From assembly GCF_009914755.1 (NCBI RefSeq), contig NC_060931.1: DNA of 64,000 bases, one strand, 5' to 3'. How positions within the stretch are numbered: the stretch's first letter is position 1; each line of letters begins with the position of its first letter. The stretch comes from the human T2T-CHM13v2.0 reference genome, Homo sapiens. Made by a program: the position numbers and the translations under genes. This document shows, one piece after another, positions 24,466-37,735 of the stretch. The notes beneath the pieces were generated by a model that saw nothing but the letters and a program-made list of their open reading frames with translations, did no database searches and was not told the DNA's origin.

Positions 24466-24760
24466 AATTTCTTTTTTTTGAGATTGAGTTTCACCCTTGT
24501 TGACCAGGCTGGAGTGGAATGGATGATCTCGGCTCACTGCAACCTCTGCCTCCCGGGTTCAGGCAACTCTCCGGCCTCAACCTCCTGAGTAGCTGGGATT
24601 ACAGGTATGCGCCTCCATACCTGGCTAATTTTGTATTTTTAGTAGAGATGGGATTTCTCCATGTTGGTCAGGCTGGTCTCAAACTCCCAACTTCAGGTGA
24701 TCCACCTGCCTCGGCCACCCAAAGTGCTGGGATCACAGGTGTGAACCACCACGCCCGGCC
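24466..24760 (-). mobile_element. AluSp-like full-length Alu
   Basis: Diagnostic tttctccatgttggtcagg and cttgttg; flanked by aattctgtaat at 24455-24465 and 24761-24771 (TSD). Confidence 0.92.
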
Positions 24761-25179
24761 AATTCTGTAATTCTTAAAAGCTGGTGTGTAGAATGGGAAC
24801 ATAGTGGGGTTTTCATTACAATAGTTTAACTTTCCCCATATTAGGAATATGTGTATGGGTTCTATTTTATTCATATAAACCTTTATTGTTTAAAAAACAC
24901 AAAGAAATAAAGATTGAAAGAACATTTTATATTCACGTGTATACTCATTGCAATTTTCATCTTTTTTCAACTTCAATGTTTTTAAACTTTAAAGTTTCTC
25001 TAAACATTTGCTTGAGCAAAGAAGAATCTGCACTTTAGATATAATTACCAAAAAATGCATAATTAGAAGGAAACACTCAAATGCACAAACACATAAGTCG
25101 AGTAAAAAAATACACTGCTGATAAAGCTTTCTTATCTAAATATTTGTTAACGGTTTTGCCAGAACAACAATTACCACAA

Positions 25180-25201
25180 AACACACACACACACACACAC
25201 A
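25180..25201. repeat. (AC)n microsatellite
   Basis: About 10 perfect AC units. Confidence 0.95.
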
Positions 25202-26064
25202 ATGGAATAAGCTTTAATTTAGGACCACAGATTGTGTAAAGCAAGCTCAGATAATTACAAATTAGGCAAAATTGTGGTTAGCTTAATGAAAAGGCTCAAA
25301 AGTGTGCCAGGCCAATGGCAAAGGACCTAAATCTAAAGACAGACAAGCTTTTCTTGATTACAGTGATTACATCATGGTCATTAGAATTTAAAGTAACTAA
25401 CCCAAACACAGACATCATATCTTCATTTGATAGCTGCAGTCTAGTAAATAGTGGGAAAGGATGTTATGTATGGATTAAGCTTGATGAAATGAAAACAGAC
25501 ATTCTTTTTGAACCTGTCTGGCAAAGAAAATAAAAACTTCAGAATCAGTCAGTAAAGTTAGCTTTTAAAGTTCAGTCTCTTTGATTGGAAGGGGTCTGCG
25601 TAGTGTTTTTGGCTATTCTTTGTTTTATAGAGAAGCCACTACAACAACTAGCTATGCATGACTCTTTCAGCATGCAGTCTCTAGTCGAGTCAGATGTTAG
25701 AGACCAACTTCTTGATACTTAGGCCAATCAGGAATTTTAAATTTTCAAAGCATGATGAGGTGCTAGCAATGGTTCAATATTTATTTTCTCATCAACTGTA
25801 ATACAATTAAACCTTGTGTGAGTCTTAAGTCTCCAAATGTTGATCCTCAAACAGTCTGCAGGATCCTATCCTGCTCTGCATGTAGCAATTCATGCTGAGA
25901 AGACAAATGCTTTGCTCAGGGGAAAGAGATGCATTGGGTTACAGTTAGAGCTACATACATGAAAGCGAGCCCACTGGCCCCTGACCCTGAACCCCTACTT
26001 CACAGCATTACCTGTGGGAACACTGCCTGAAGAGCAGTATTTAGGAAGATCAGGGAAGGGAGGC

Positions 26065-26088
26065 AAAAAAAAAAAAAAAAAAAAAAAA
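26065..26088. repeat. A24 homopolymer
   Basis: 24 consecutive A with no recognisable retroelement body upstream. Confidence 0.9.
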
Positions 26089-26329
26089 GGTGGAGGTACT
26101 AGAGAAAAATAACAGCATCGAAACAGCATGTTGGAGTTTTTCTGTTTTACCTGTCTTATGGATAGAAGATCCCAGCTTGTTTTAAGAAAACACAGCCATT
26201 ATTTCCTTTCTTGTGTTTTTGGATTCTGCACTAAGAAAATGAAGACATGGAAGCAGTGGACTAATACATTGACATTATATAACCTTAAGAAACAATGACA
26301 TTGTATAACCTTAAGAAAAAAGTCTGAAC

Positions 26330-26332
26330 TTT

Positions 26333-26363
<31 letters not shown>

Positions 26364-26649
26364 TTTTTTTGAGATGGAGTCTTGCTCTGTCACCCAGGCT
26401 GCAGTGCAGTGGCTAGATGTCAGCTCACTGCAGCCTCCACCTCCCGGGTTCAAGCAATTCTGCTGCCGCAGCCTCCCGAGTAGCTGTACTACAGGCTTGC
26501 ACCACCATACGTGGCTAATTTTTGTACTTTTAGTAGAGACAGGGTTTCACCATGTTGGCCAGGATGGTCTTGATCTCCTGACCTCGTGATCCACCTGCCT
26601 CAGCCTCCCAAAGTCCTGGGATTACAGGCATGAGCTACCGCGCCAGGCC
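26330..26649 (-). mobile_element. AluS (Sc-like) with a (TTTA)n tail
   Basis: Full dimer with ggatggtcttgatctcctgacctcgtgatcc; agtctgaac at 26321 and 26650 (TSD). Confidence 0.92.
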
Positions 26650-27339
26650 AGTCTGAACCTTAGTAAGACATTCAGTGTGAGTGAATACAAGAACACTCAC
26701 GTTGCAACTTCAGCATTATCATCATCAAACAGCATTTATTGAGTGTCTGGACTCACTGAGCATCCTTGAACCTACTAAGTTTAAAGTACTTAAGAAAGAA
26801 ACTAAATCTCATGGTAAACACAACTCAACCAACATGAACTGATATCAGCCCCTTACATTGCGCCTTAAAGAAACCAGATTGTTTAAAGAAAAACTGTGTA
26901 GAGACTACATGTAAATCTTGTATGCTTTATCACTCTGGTAAATAAGTGGTTTCATTTTCTACTTTACTGATGTTTCAAAATGGTCAGAGGAACTCATAAA
27001 AGTTTCACAGCAATTCTCAGATAAGGTTTTATCATCAAAGACAACAAACTATAGATAAAAATTCATCTTCCAAAATGCATTTTCTTGGGTCATGTTTTCT
27101 GGAAATAAAAGTCAATGAAACTTGTAAAGTTTTACTTTGTGTGTTTTCCATGTATCTGCCACAGCCATTGCCATGAAATTTTCCTCCCAGCTGAGAAAAT
27201 GTGCAAATACAATTGTATTGCTCGGGAACTTTTAAATCTATTAATATACTACAAACCTGAAACCCTAGCCTGCTCAGTTAGAAGCCAGAGAGGTGGTCAT
27301 GCACAGAAGTCCCAGGAAGCAAATGTGTGTGTTCGACTT

Positions 27340-27442
27340 CTTTCAGGACATCATATCCCAACTGATTCTGATTTAATTGTTTGGGTAGGGACCAGGCAGA
27401 AGCATCTTATACAATCTCCCTAGGTGAATCTGATATTCACTG
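27340..27442. mobile_element. MER5-type fragment
   Basis: gattctgatttaattgtttgggtagggaccaggca...ctccctaggtgaatctgat. Confidence 0.5.
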
Positions 27443-28254
27443 TGATCTGGTTTGGATTCTTTTACCTATTTCTAGCCATTAAAGCGATGTTACCAATACG
27501 TTAGTGACTGGATTTTTCAAGCAGGATAGAAATCACAATGATGATTCCACTAAGAGATAAGCTCCTGGATATCTACAAACTCTGATCACTCTCATTTCTC
27601 CTGTTAATCCCTACAGCCATGCCATGGGAGATAAGAGAGAAACAAGCTCTAAATTATATTGAATTGATTGTATAGAGCTTCTTAGACGCTAGCATTTTTC
27701 ACTCACTTGGATATAGACTTCACTTAGCTGTCCTGGGGATGATGAGGCCCCAGCTTCTGGGACATTTATCACTTAAAAAAGTGGTATGTTGCTGTGACGA
27801 TTAGAAAAACTGATAGCACTGTAAGGATAAAAGTCGAGTTGGATTCTAGTTCCAAGGGATTCAGCAGAGGCTGTAGGCAGATGCATTATCACACTGAAGG
27901 GAAGACAAACAAACAAACAACATCCATACATATACATAGAGTTCGAGGTAACAGGAAAGGTAAGCACTGAGGCCTGAGGAACCCAGAGCTGGTCAGGAAC
28001 CCAGACAGAGTGGGCGAAGAAGCCAAACATTAAGCAAGGAAGTCAATGTATGCAGTTGATAGATAACTTGGAAACAGAGGCCATGTTCTTCCCACTTAGA
28101 AATGATATTCATGCTTCTAGAGTTGAACAATGAGATCAGGCAAGTGAATAAAAAATATCTGAAAGGGAAGACAGAGCAGTAAAAGTTGATGCCAGTTCTA
28201 GGTCATTCGTCATTCAGAATTGCATGGAGCTGGTAAAGAAAATAAGTAAATGAC

Positions 28255-28432
28255 TCATACGCATCTGCTTACTGTTCTAGAGACTTCATATATATTGTCA
28301 CACTTAATTCTCATTATAATTACAGATAAGAATTATTGCACCATTTTTCAGATGAAGAAACTGGAAATTCAGAGGTGTTAGCTTGTCCAAGGTATGTACT
28401 TATTAACGATAGAATTAAATTTGAACTATCTG
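28255..28432 (-). mobile_element. MIR
   Basis: cacttaattctca...ccatttttcagatgaagaaactgga...cttgtccaagg. Confidence 0.65.
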
Positions 28433-29044
28433 CTTGTAATAAATGTTAGAAAATTTCCTCCCTTTTATTTTATTGCTTTATATTTTATTGCATTATAATT
28501 TCTGTGATCCAGAATAGAGAATCAGATAATTAACTACAAAGTGTCGGTGCTTTCTGTAACATTTGTGAAATTATACAGTTGTTTTGCTCATTTTTCATGT
28601 TTTTGTATTTTCATTTGCTGGGTTTTTTCTTCTAGCTTTGTAAACTTTGCTAGAAATATCTGAAGTGCTAATATTTGGCAATATATGTTTAAATTTTCTA
28701 ACATCAAGTTTAATAACCTTAGTAGAATTAAATATATGAAAACAGAGCTTACCTTTATGATGCAGTGAGTATTTTTAACAATGACTTCAAATAGTAGCAT
28801 AAGTTTACCAAGAATCTATGACTTTGGGATAACTAAATGATATGATTTCAGGTTTTGTTTAAGCAACACACAAACATGAGCTAAATTACTGAGGTTCTGT
28901 TTTATTAAAGATATAGAATTAAAATATAATTATAATTTTTTGAAATTAGTTGTCCGTATAGTAAATTATTGAACTGTTCACACATCTAAAACCTAACCTA
29001 TGTGGATTAGGAACTCACCCTTTATCCAATCCTTGCTGTTTTAA

Positions 29045-29388
<344 letters not shown>

Positions 29389-29459
29389 TATAAAATATTT
29401 TAAAAGTCACAGCTTTATGTTTTAAAATAAACGTCTGCTGTAGAAGGCAGCATCAGTCC

Positions 29460-29990
29460 CAATCAATCAATCAGCCAGAGTTTATTCATCCTTTTCTACT
29501 TCCTGGATGCTGTTGTACAACCAAGAGAAGGGCGAATAAGACCTGGTTTTGCTCTCAAGAAAAACATACAAAAAATACAAAGAGAATACTCTAAGGTAGA
29601 GTTAAGTAAACGAGTATTTAAATAGATACTTTCAATCCAAGACATGAAGGAAGCAGAAAGTGAGGCTTGGAGATGGGTTTATAAAGGAGCTGGCATGTTC
29701 AATGAATGCTCAACAAAAAGGTATTATTTAAGGAAAAGTGGCAACAGCTTGTCAGACATAAACAAAGAATGGAAGGAAAACTATGTCATGGCTAGCCAGA
29801 GTGATGTGCTCATTTTGGAGAAGTGATACTGAAGACAGAAAGTAAGCCAAGATTACAGACAGCTTTATTTTCGTAGCAGTGTTTTAGACTTAGAACAACT
29901 TGCTGAAGGTTTTTAAGGTAAGAACTATTCTTAAAAAGCTTTGTTATAGATCAACTGGATGAAGTTTTGCAGAATGACTTGGAAAAAAAA
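29460..29990 (-). mobile_element. Decayed L2
   Basis: aatcaatcaatcag...tttattc...ttcctggatgctgttg...aataagacctggttttgctctcaaga. Confidence 0.45.
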
Positions 29991-29994
29991 TGTA

Positions 29995-30140
29995 GTATCA
30001 GTCACGTCAAACATTTATCATTTCCTTGTGGTGAGAACATTCCAAATCCTCTCTTTTAGCTATTTTGAAATATACATTATTATTAACTATAGTCACCCAG
30101 CGACATAATAGAACACCAGAACTTATTTCTTCTATGTATA
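29995..30140 (-). mobile_element. L1MA-type 3' UTR fragment
   Basis: caaacatttatcatttccttgtggtgagaacattccaaatcctctcttttagctattttgaaatatacatt...aactatagtcacc...aatagaacaccagaacttatt. Confidence 0.85.
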
Positions 30141-31668
30141 ATGGTATTCAAAGAGGTATTGAATTTTCATTTTTTTCTTGTTTTAGTATATATATTTTAA
30201 AAAGTCCTGTTATTGTTGAAAACCAAAAGGAATTTTGAAGGAAAAAATAGGAGCTTAAATACCTGAATAGTATGGCTGTAAATGATAGAAACATTAAATG
30301 TGACTCCAAAAGGCATTTGTAACAGTGGTACAAATAACAGAATGGGAGCTGGGTAGTGAGCGGATATTAAAATTCCATTTTGAACATAGTGGCAGTAAAT
30401 TGAAAATATCTCAGAAATAGCTGAGCACGGGAGACTAGTGGTCTGTTCTGAAGATGGAGATTTGACAACAGGGAAACACTATGACATAGTGAGTTAATGT
30501 TCATACAAATTTAGGGCTTATTCTGATCCTTTCTCTTTGTCATCTGGGTGACCTCACCTAAGTCATCTAATCCTTGGAGTCTTAGATTTTTTGAAAATAA
30601 AAATTGTCTTTCAAAATTTTGGTGACTAGCACTTTGTAGGCACAACTGAAATGTTAGTTATTCTGAAGAAATAATCATTATCAAAAAATTTATTATGGCA
30701 TCTCCATTGCTGTTTCACTTTAATTGAAGTTTGTCCTTGGCATACTAGTTGAGAACACCATCATGAGTTAATATGATTTTTTTTAAGTCAGGAATGTGCT
30801 AACATGGGTACTTTGGCCTAACACATGCAAAAGTATCGATTTGTGTGGAGAAATCTTTTCTCAATTAGATGCCTGAAAGGACAAAACATCATTATATGAA
30901 TAACTTCGCTTTTTCTAAGTTCATCTTCCTAAAATACTGTATAACATATCCCAAAGGATATTGCTAATTTGAATCTCCTATTTTTGTAAAAGCTGTCTAA
31001 GAAACGAGTAATGAGAAGTGGTCATTTCTATGTAGCTAGAATATGTCTATCAGAAATGATGCCTGATGAAATGTGAAAATGCTGATTAATGAAGGAGAGA
31101 TCGTATAGGTCTGGAAATGCCAGATAGCCCAGCACTCTAGGTTGCATCGGAAAGCAAAGAACGGGGGGAAATGTTCTGGTTTAGCCTCTGAATAAAAGAA
31201 CTTCAGTCCCCGTGACTGCCCATCTGGCATTTTTCACCAGCACCAAATTCATTAGCAATGATTAGTCCTTTTCTCCAAACCTTTCACTCAAAATAAGTAA
31301 ATAGAAGGAGAATTTAGGCAGTAAAAGATCAAGGGACAGTATCTCTATTTTAAGATGTCCTTAAGTTATCCTGATTGGTCAAAGCCTAAACAAGCATTAA
31401 AGAAGGAGGTACATGATGAAAAGATGAATTTTCCCTAAACAACCTAATGTTATGTTCTATGTTAGGTAACAGAGAATTTGGTTAAAGTGATTCACATATA
31501 TTGACATTTCTTCACGTGAATTTAGATCAAAAATGACATGGAAGAATCTTTTTATTTCATTACCTCAGCCTTTATGTCTTTAATAGAAACCCTCACTATA
31601 TAAAATTTTCATGTTTTTTAGCTCAATTTTTAAAAAATATACAATGTTATAATAAAAGATCTGTTTAA

Positions 31669-31733
31669 TGCTGAGTCATCATATGGTCGATTGGACCCTC
31701 CATCATTATATTGGTTGATATCGTAAAGCCAAT
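31669..31733. promoter_or_regulatory. Candidate enhancer/promoter module: ARE/NF-E2 site plus three CCAAT boxes
   Basis: TGCTGAGTCAT 31669-31679; ATTGG at 31690 and 31710; CCAAT at 31729. Motif evidence only. Confidence 0.35.
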
Positions 31734-32149
31734 AGGCTTCCTAAGACTTTAGTAACCGCCTTCAACCTTTATGTATCAGCAGTCAACTCTAGATTTTAGG
31801 ACTCAGTTTTAAAAGGAGAACAGAGAGAGGGAGATGGAGGGGGAGGGAGAGAAAGAGAAGAAGAGAGACAGAATTTAAGAATAGAGATTTAAGATTTAAT
31901 AGAGATTTAATAATTTAAATAGAGATTTAAATTATTCACTTCTCAGAAGTTGCTCTTTTAGAAAATGCTTTCTGAAAATCACGATATAATGTGGCTCACC
32001 TAGAAAAAAATCAGGATTTACAAAACTGTCAGAAGCCTACATCAATTTTTTGATTAAATGCATATAACATAAAAATTAAAGAAACTTATCACTATACAGT
32101 GGCCAAAATACTACAGTACTATACAATCATTTTCATATTAGATTTCATA

Positions 32150-32525
<376 letters not shown>

Positions 32526-32881
32526 TAAATATGCTAGTTAACAGTGGTGAGAGAAATAATATAAGTTGTTTTATGAAATCCCATAGTATGGTGCCATATC
32601 TTTTCCCAAGCATATTTTTATTTATGCCTGGGTAAATTCCTATTACTTATTGCTGTCCTTTTTTTTCATGTATTAACCTTGCTTCTCATATTCTCATGTT
32701 CCCTTACACTCTTACTCTTAGTTATATTTTATGTTTTTGGAAATTCACTTTGTAACCAGATTTGTGTATGTAACTACACATTTAATGTCATGCATATTTA
32801 ATACTATGCACTCCTAATAACATCTACCATATAAAGAACATGCATTTTAAGAAGTATGTTGGCAATAGCCACAAAGCTTTT

Positions 32882-32885
<4 letters not shown>

Positions 32886-32931
<46 letters not shown>
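32886..32931. repeat. (TG)23 microsatellite
   Basis: Perfect TG run. Confidence 0.95.
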
Positions 32932-32934
<3 letters not shown>

Positions 32935-33019
32935 AGGGGGTCCTGATCTGTAAATGTGTTCTCAAATACAATAATATTAATATTGTTGGATTTTTTTTAA
33001 AGGGATACAATGTGAATAG

Positions 33020-33050
33020 GTAATACTTATTGAGCACTGGGCTAAGCCAT

Positions 33051-33082
<32 letters not shown>

Positions 33083-33230
33083 ACACACACAGAATGTCAT
33101 TTTTGCTCATATAATAACCTTATAAAGATGGAAACTATTTTTATCCTCATTTTAATATTAAAAAAGAGGTTTGAAAGCAAGTAACTAGAATGAAGGTACA
33201 TTGTAAATGGTGGGACTGTAATTGAAAATC
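33020..33230 (-). mobile_element. MIR interrupted by (AC)n at 33051-33091
   Basis: taatacttattgagcact...ataacct...actattttatcctcatttta. Confidence 0.55.
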
Positions 33231-33422
33231 TTGAGCTCCACATGTTTGTAAAACAGAATTCTCAGAAAACAAGATAATTTTCATGTATACTGGCATTAGC
33301 TATAGTGCTTATGGCCTACAATTTTGGTTAGTTCTGCCACTGAGAGATTAATTTTCTGCCATTGGATATTCCTCAATACCAGTTGTCTGTCATATTTCCC
33401 AATTTGCTGAAGGCTAACAATG

Positions 33423-33425
<3 letters not shown>

Positions 33426-33456
<31 letters not shown>
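33426..33456. repeat. (GT)15 microsatellite
   Basis: Perfect GT run followed by cag. Confidence 0.95.
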
Positions 33457-33459
<3 letters not shown>

Positions 33460-34981
33460 GACAGGTAAGGGAGAAAGGATTTCATTGAGAGTGAGTTCTT
33501 CACCAGACTGAAGGATGCTGAATACTGCTGAGTATGATCTCCTTGCCCTGGTAATAATTCCTTTAGGGTTCTAGGGAAGAAGTATATGGCACCAGAAACA
33601 AGCCTTTGGGTTTAGATCATTGTTCAGTTTGATAACTTGGGAGTTGGGACTTCTGACTGTGATTAACTGGTTGGTGCACACTGAAGTCTATCTTTAGCAT
33701 GCTTCAGCATCTCTCTGATGGCATTAGTGGATGGGGAATTTACATTTTTGTTTTCAAAAGAGAATAACCAAATGCCTAGAATTAGTACTAGCATAGCAAA
33801 ATTTTAGTGGTGAGTACCTGTAAATATTTTCTTGAAAAATCAATTATTTCATAACAGTGGTAGCAAAATTAATTTGTCAAATATTTATGACAAAGTCTGT
33901 GCCAATTCCTGCCTCATTTTTACCTTGATCAGGAACCTCCAATGCTGCTAATGCTCTGTTTTCACTGAAGGAAACACCTGTTGCCTAAAATATTAATAAC
34001 TCAGGTCAATTTTAAGACTGTGAAACCTCGGAGTCTATTCCATGGTTATTTTTATTTGTTTAACTATTACAAATAGGCACTTCATCTTTGAAATGAGAAC
34101 AAGTTGTATAACTTTATTAATGAAAACTAGAAGTCTGAACTATTCTACTACTTGGCTATGTAAGTGGTTTGTGATAACCAATACATCTTCCTTTCATGAA
34201 ATGTTCTAGAGATACATTTTCCTGACGTCCTTAGTCAGTTGATAGCTTATCTCTGCAGGAGCCATGATTTAGTTTTGCAGATCTAGTAGAAGGAAGAATT
34301 TCCAATATATTTTTTTAAAAACTAAAATTTGATTTCCATCTGGGCAATATGGATTCTCCATTCACAAGGCTGTAAAATATCTATGAATAAAAATTTTCTA
34401 GCATGAGATCTCTATTGAGGAGGAGTCTGGGATAAAGACTATTGGATCAGAAGTCAACAGCTTTAAATTCTTGTTCTTGTGTAATGTCGAACCACCCTGA
34501 CACCTTGGTTACATCGCTTAATTTCCCCGACGCCATTCTTTTCATTTGTTAAACAAAAACTTCAGTTTCTGGGGACTCTCCTTACTCCAACTCAATTAAT
34601 GACTACGTGTTCCCTCCAGTTTTGTTTGGGACCAGAGTGTGCCCATTGCCATTCCTGTGGCTGTGAGCGCTTGTCACTTTGATACATCCTGAGAAATGAG
34701 TATTTGGCTTGTTTAGTGACACTAGATGAAGCCTAAAGTTTATGAAGCTGCTGTAGGTTTCGTTGTTTCGGCAGCACTTTTTATTATCACATCTAGGTTT
34801 TATAAGTACTGATTAATATAGAGGAGATGACAGATTTTTTTCTATGAATGTTTTATATACTATAATCCTATTTTTTAAAAAAATCAGTTATTTAATTGGA
34901 ACATTTTAAAAAGGATTTGTTTTATTTGAGGGGCTCCAGTTTTTAAAGAAGTTAAAAGTAATCTTAAAAAGTTCGAAATAG

Positions 34982-35276
34982 GGCCGGGTGCAGTGGTTCA
35001 TGCCTGCAATTCCAGCACTTTGGGAGCCTGAGGCAGGTGGATCACCTGAGGTCAGGAGTTCGAGATCAGCCTGATCAACATGGTGAGACCCCCGTCTCCA
35101 CTAAAAATTCAAAAATTAGGTGGGCATGGTGACGGGTGCCTGTAATTCCAGCTACTCAGGAGGCTGAGGCAGGAGAATCACTTGAACTCAGGAGGCAGTT
35201 GCAGTGAGCCGAGATCGTACCATTGCACTCCAGCCTGCACAACAGAGCAAGACTCGGTCCCCCCCACCAAAAAAAA
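34982..35276 (+). mobile_element. AluSx-like full-length Alu
   Basis: ggccgggtgcagtgg...gatcacctgaggtcaggagttcgag; imperfect TSD aaaaag(t/c)tc(g/a)aaatag. Confidence 0.93.
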
Positions 35277-36596
35277 GCTCAAAATAGGTATATGATAACA
35301 TCAAATAAGAGAATTTAAAAAGCTGACTTTTCGCTATGTTGAACTCAGTCTTATTCATGAATAAATTTGGTAGTATACATAGTTGGCTCAAAGGTAATTA
35401 TCTGGCGAAGCTGAAATTTTATTGTGATAAATATTATTAGTCATTGTATATTTATGCTAAGATGGACTATTCATATGTAAATTAGTCAAAAGCTGAAGAA
35501 AATGAGGAGTTAAATCAATGAAAGCATTTCAGAGTTGATTTATATGATATTCAAAAGTAGTAACTTATTTATCAAAGACTATGAGTCTAAAAGCACATGT
35601 AAATTCCCTTCCGTTAATGTATCTCTTTCCTACTTCCCCATCCACCTCTAAAAAACTCCGTAGTTTCTAGACTGTGACCTTTGCTGAGACTTAATATTCT
35701 AAATCAAGTTATTATACTAGGTTTCCCAGTGCTCTCCTTCACTCTGTTGAAACTCTAAGTTGATATTTAAGAACAATTCATGCAAACTTTGAAAAAAAGT
35801 ACCATTTCCAGTTTAAAAAAAAAATCTTAAAGCTACTTTGAGTGCTGTCCAGGAAAGAAAACAGATTACAACTTTTGATAACATAGGAAGAAAATATTAT
35901 TATCACAGCTTGAAATCTGTTAACAGGAACTTTCTTTAGGGAACAAACATTAAAGTACAACAGAAATTTAATTACAAGAAGATTTTCCACTTGTCAGAAA
36001 TATTTGCATTAATGTCAGTAATAACTACAATAAAGAGACTATTGTCTGTTGCTGGGAGAAAAGGAGATGAAAGGATCCCTGAGTCCCTGTTACAGACACA
36101 CTAAAGGCACGTTGAATATTGAGATTTTCTTTTGGATAAACCAAAACAAAATATTGAGTAAAAAAATATTAAAGCAATATTCATTCATTAGTATCATATT
36201 GATTGTCAATGTTTACCAGGGAATTGTCGGGGCTACTATTTGCCCTTTTAGCCTGGTATGAAATTAGCTCATTCAGTATATAATATTTGTGGAGAAATGT
36301 GACAGCAGCATAGAAGAACATTGAGATCTTTTATTGATTCTTCCTTTGCTTTCCACCCCTGAGTTTAGGGCACTGCTTATAGCATAAGTTTCAAGAGCTG
36401 TATCTAATCTAGATATTGAATTTGTTTAGAACCTCTATCATAATGACATTGCAAGAGTGAGGGGCAACAGGAGGTCCCTGGCAGATGAGGTAATCCTTTC
36501 AAATGCAGTGTTTATAGGCCTCTTTGTGCTAGTGAAATGAATGTATTGCAAGGAACTAAGAGTATTCTCATGAATTAATTTTCGTTATCCATCTAG

Positions 36597-37146
<550 letters not shown>

Positions 37147-37609
37147 ATTTTCTATAGCTTTGGTGAGCAATTTGAAATATCCTTTGAGACCAATTTCAAC
37201 GTCAACATAATAAAGACAAAGCTTTTATCTAGTGTTTCCCAACCTATGGATTATGTACCCTTGGGAGATACCCAAGTTAATATAATGCATCCGTAAATCC
37301 AAATATACATCAAGCATTATCTATATACAATGAAGCTGTTACATCCTACATTTATTAAATGTAAATATATGCATATAAATAATAAGATATAAATCCAATT
37401 ATTAATCACCATTGATTTTTAGGAGCTTTGTTCTTTATAATTTTCCTAAGCAATTTTGTCAAAAAGGAATAATTCTAAACATGTGGGGTTAGCAAAGTTA
37501 TTGTTATGATTTTTTACTTTCAAAAGGGGTTCTTGTTCTTGAAAATCCTAAGAACTGCCATTTTGTGGGGTAATGATTTGGACTACTTTTACTCATATCA
37601 TTCATTGTG

Positions 37610-37735
37610 CATTCATTCATTCAGTAATTAAATTCTGGTTGAACATCAACCATATGCCAGACATTATTTCTAGTAGCAGTAAAGAAAATGGACAAAGATC
37701 CCCACTTTTGAGGAGCTTAAATTTTGGTGTCATGT
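37610..37735 (-). mobile_element. L2 3' end
   Basis: attcattcattcag...ttgaacatcaaccatatgccagacatt...gaggagctt. Confidence 0.6.

Noticed and set aside
26065-26088. A24 as the tail of a processed pseudogene or orphan retro-insertion
   Set aside because: No convincing TSD, upstream poly(A) signal or element body.
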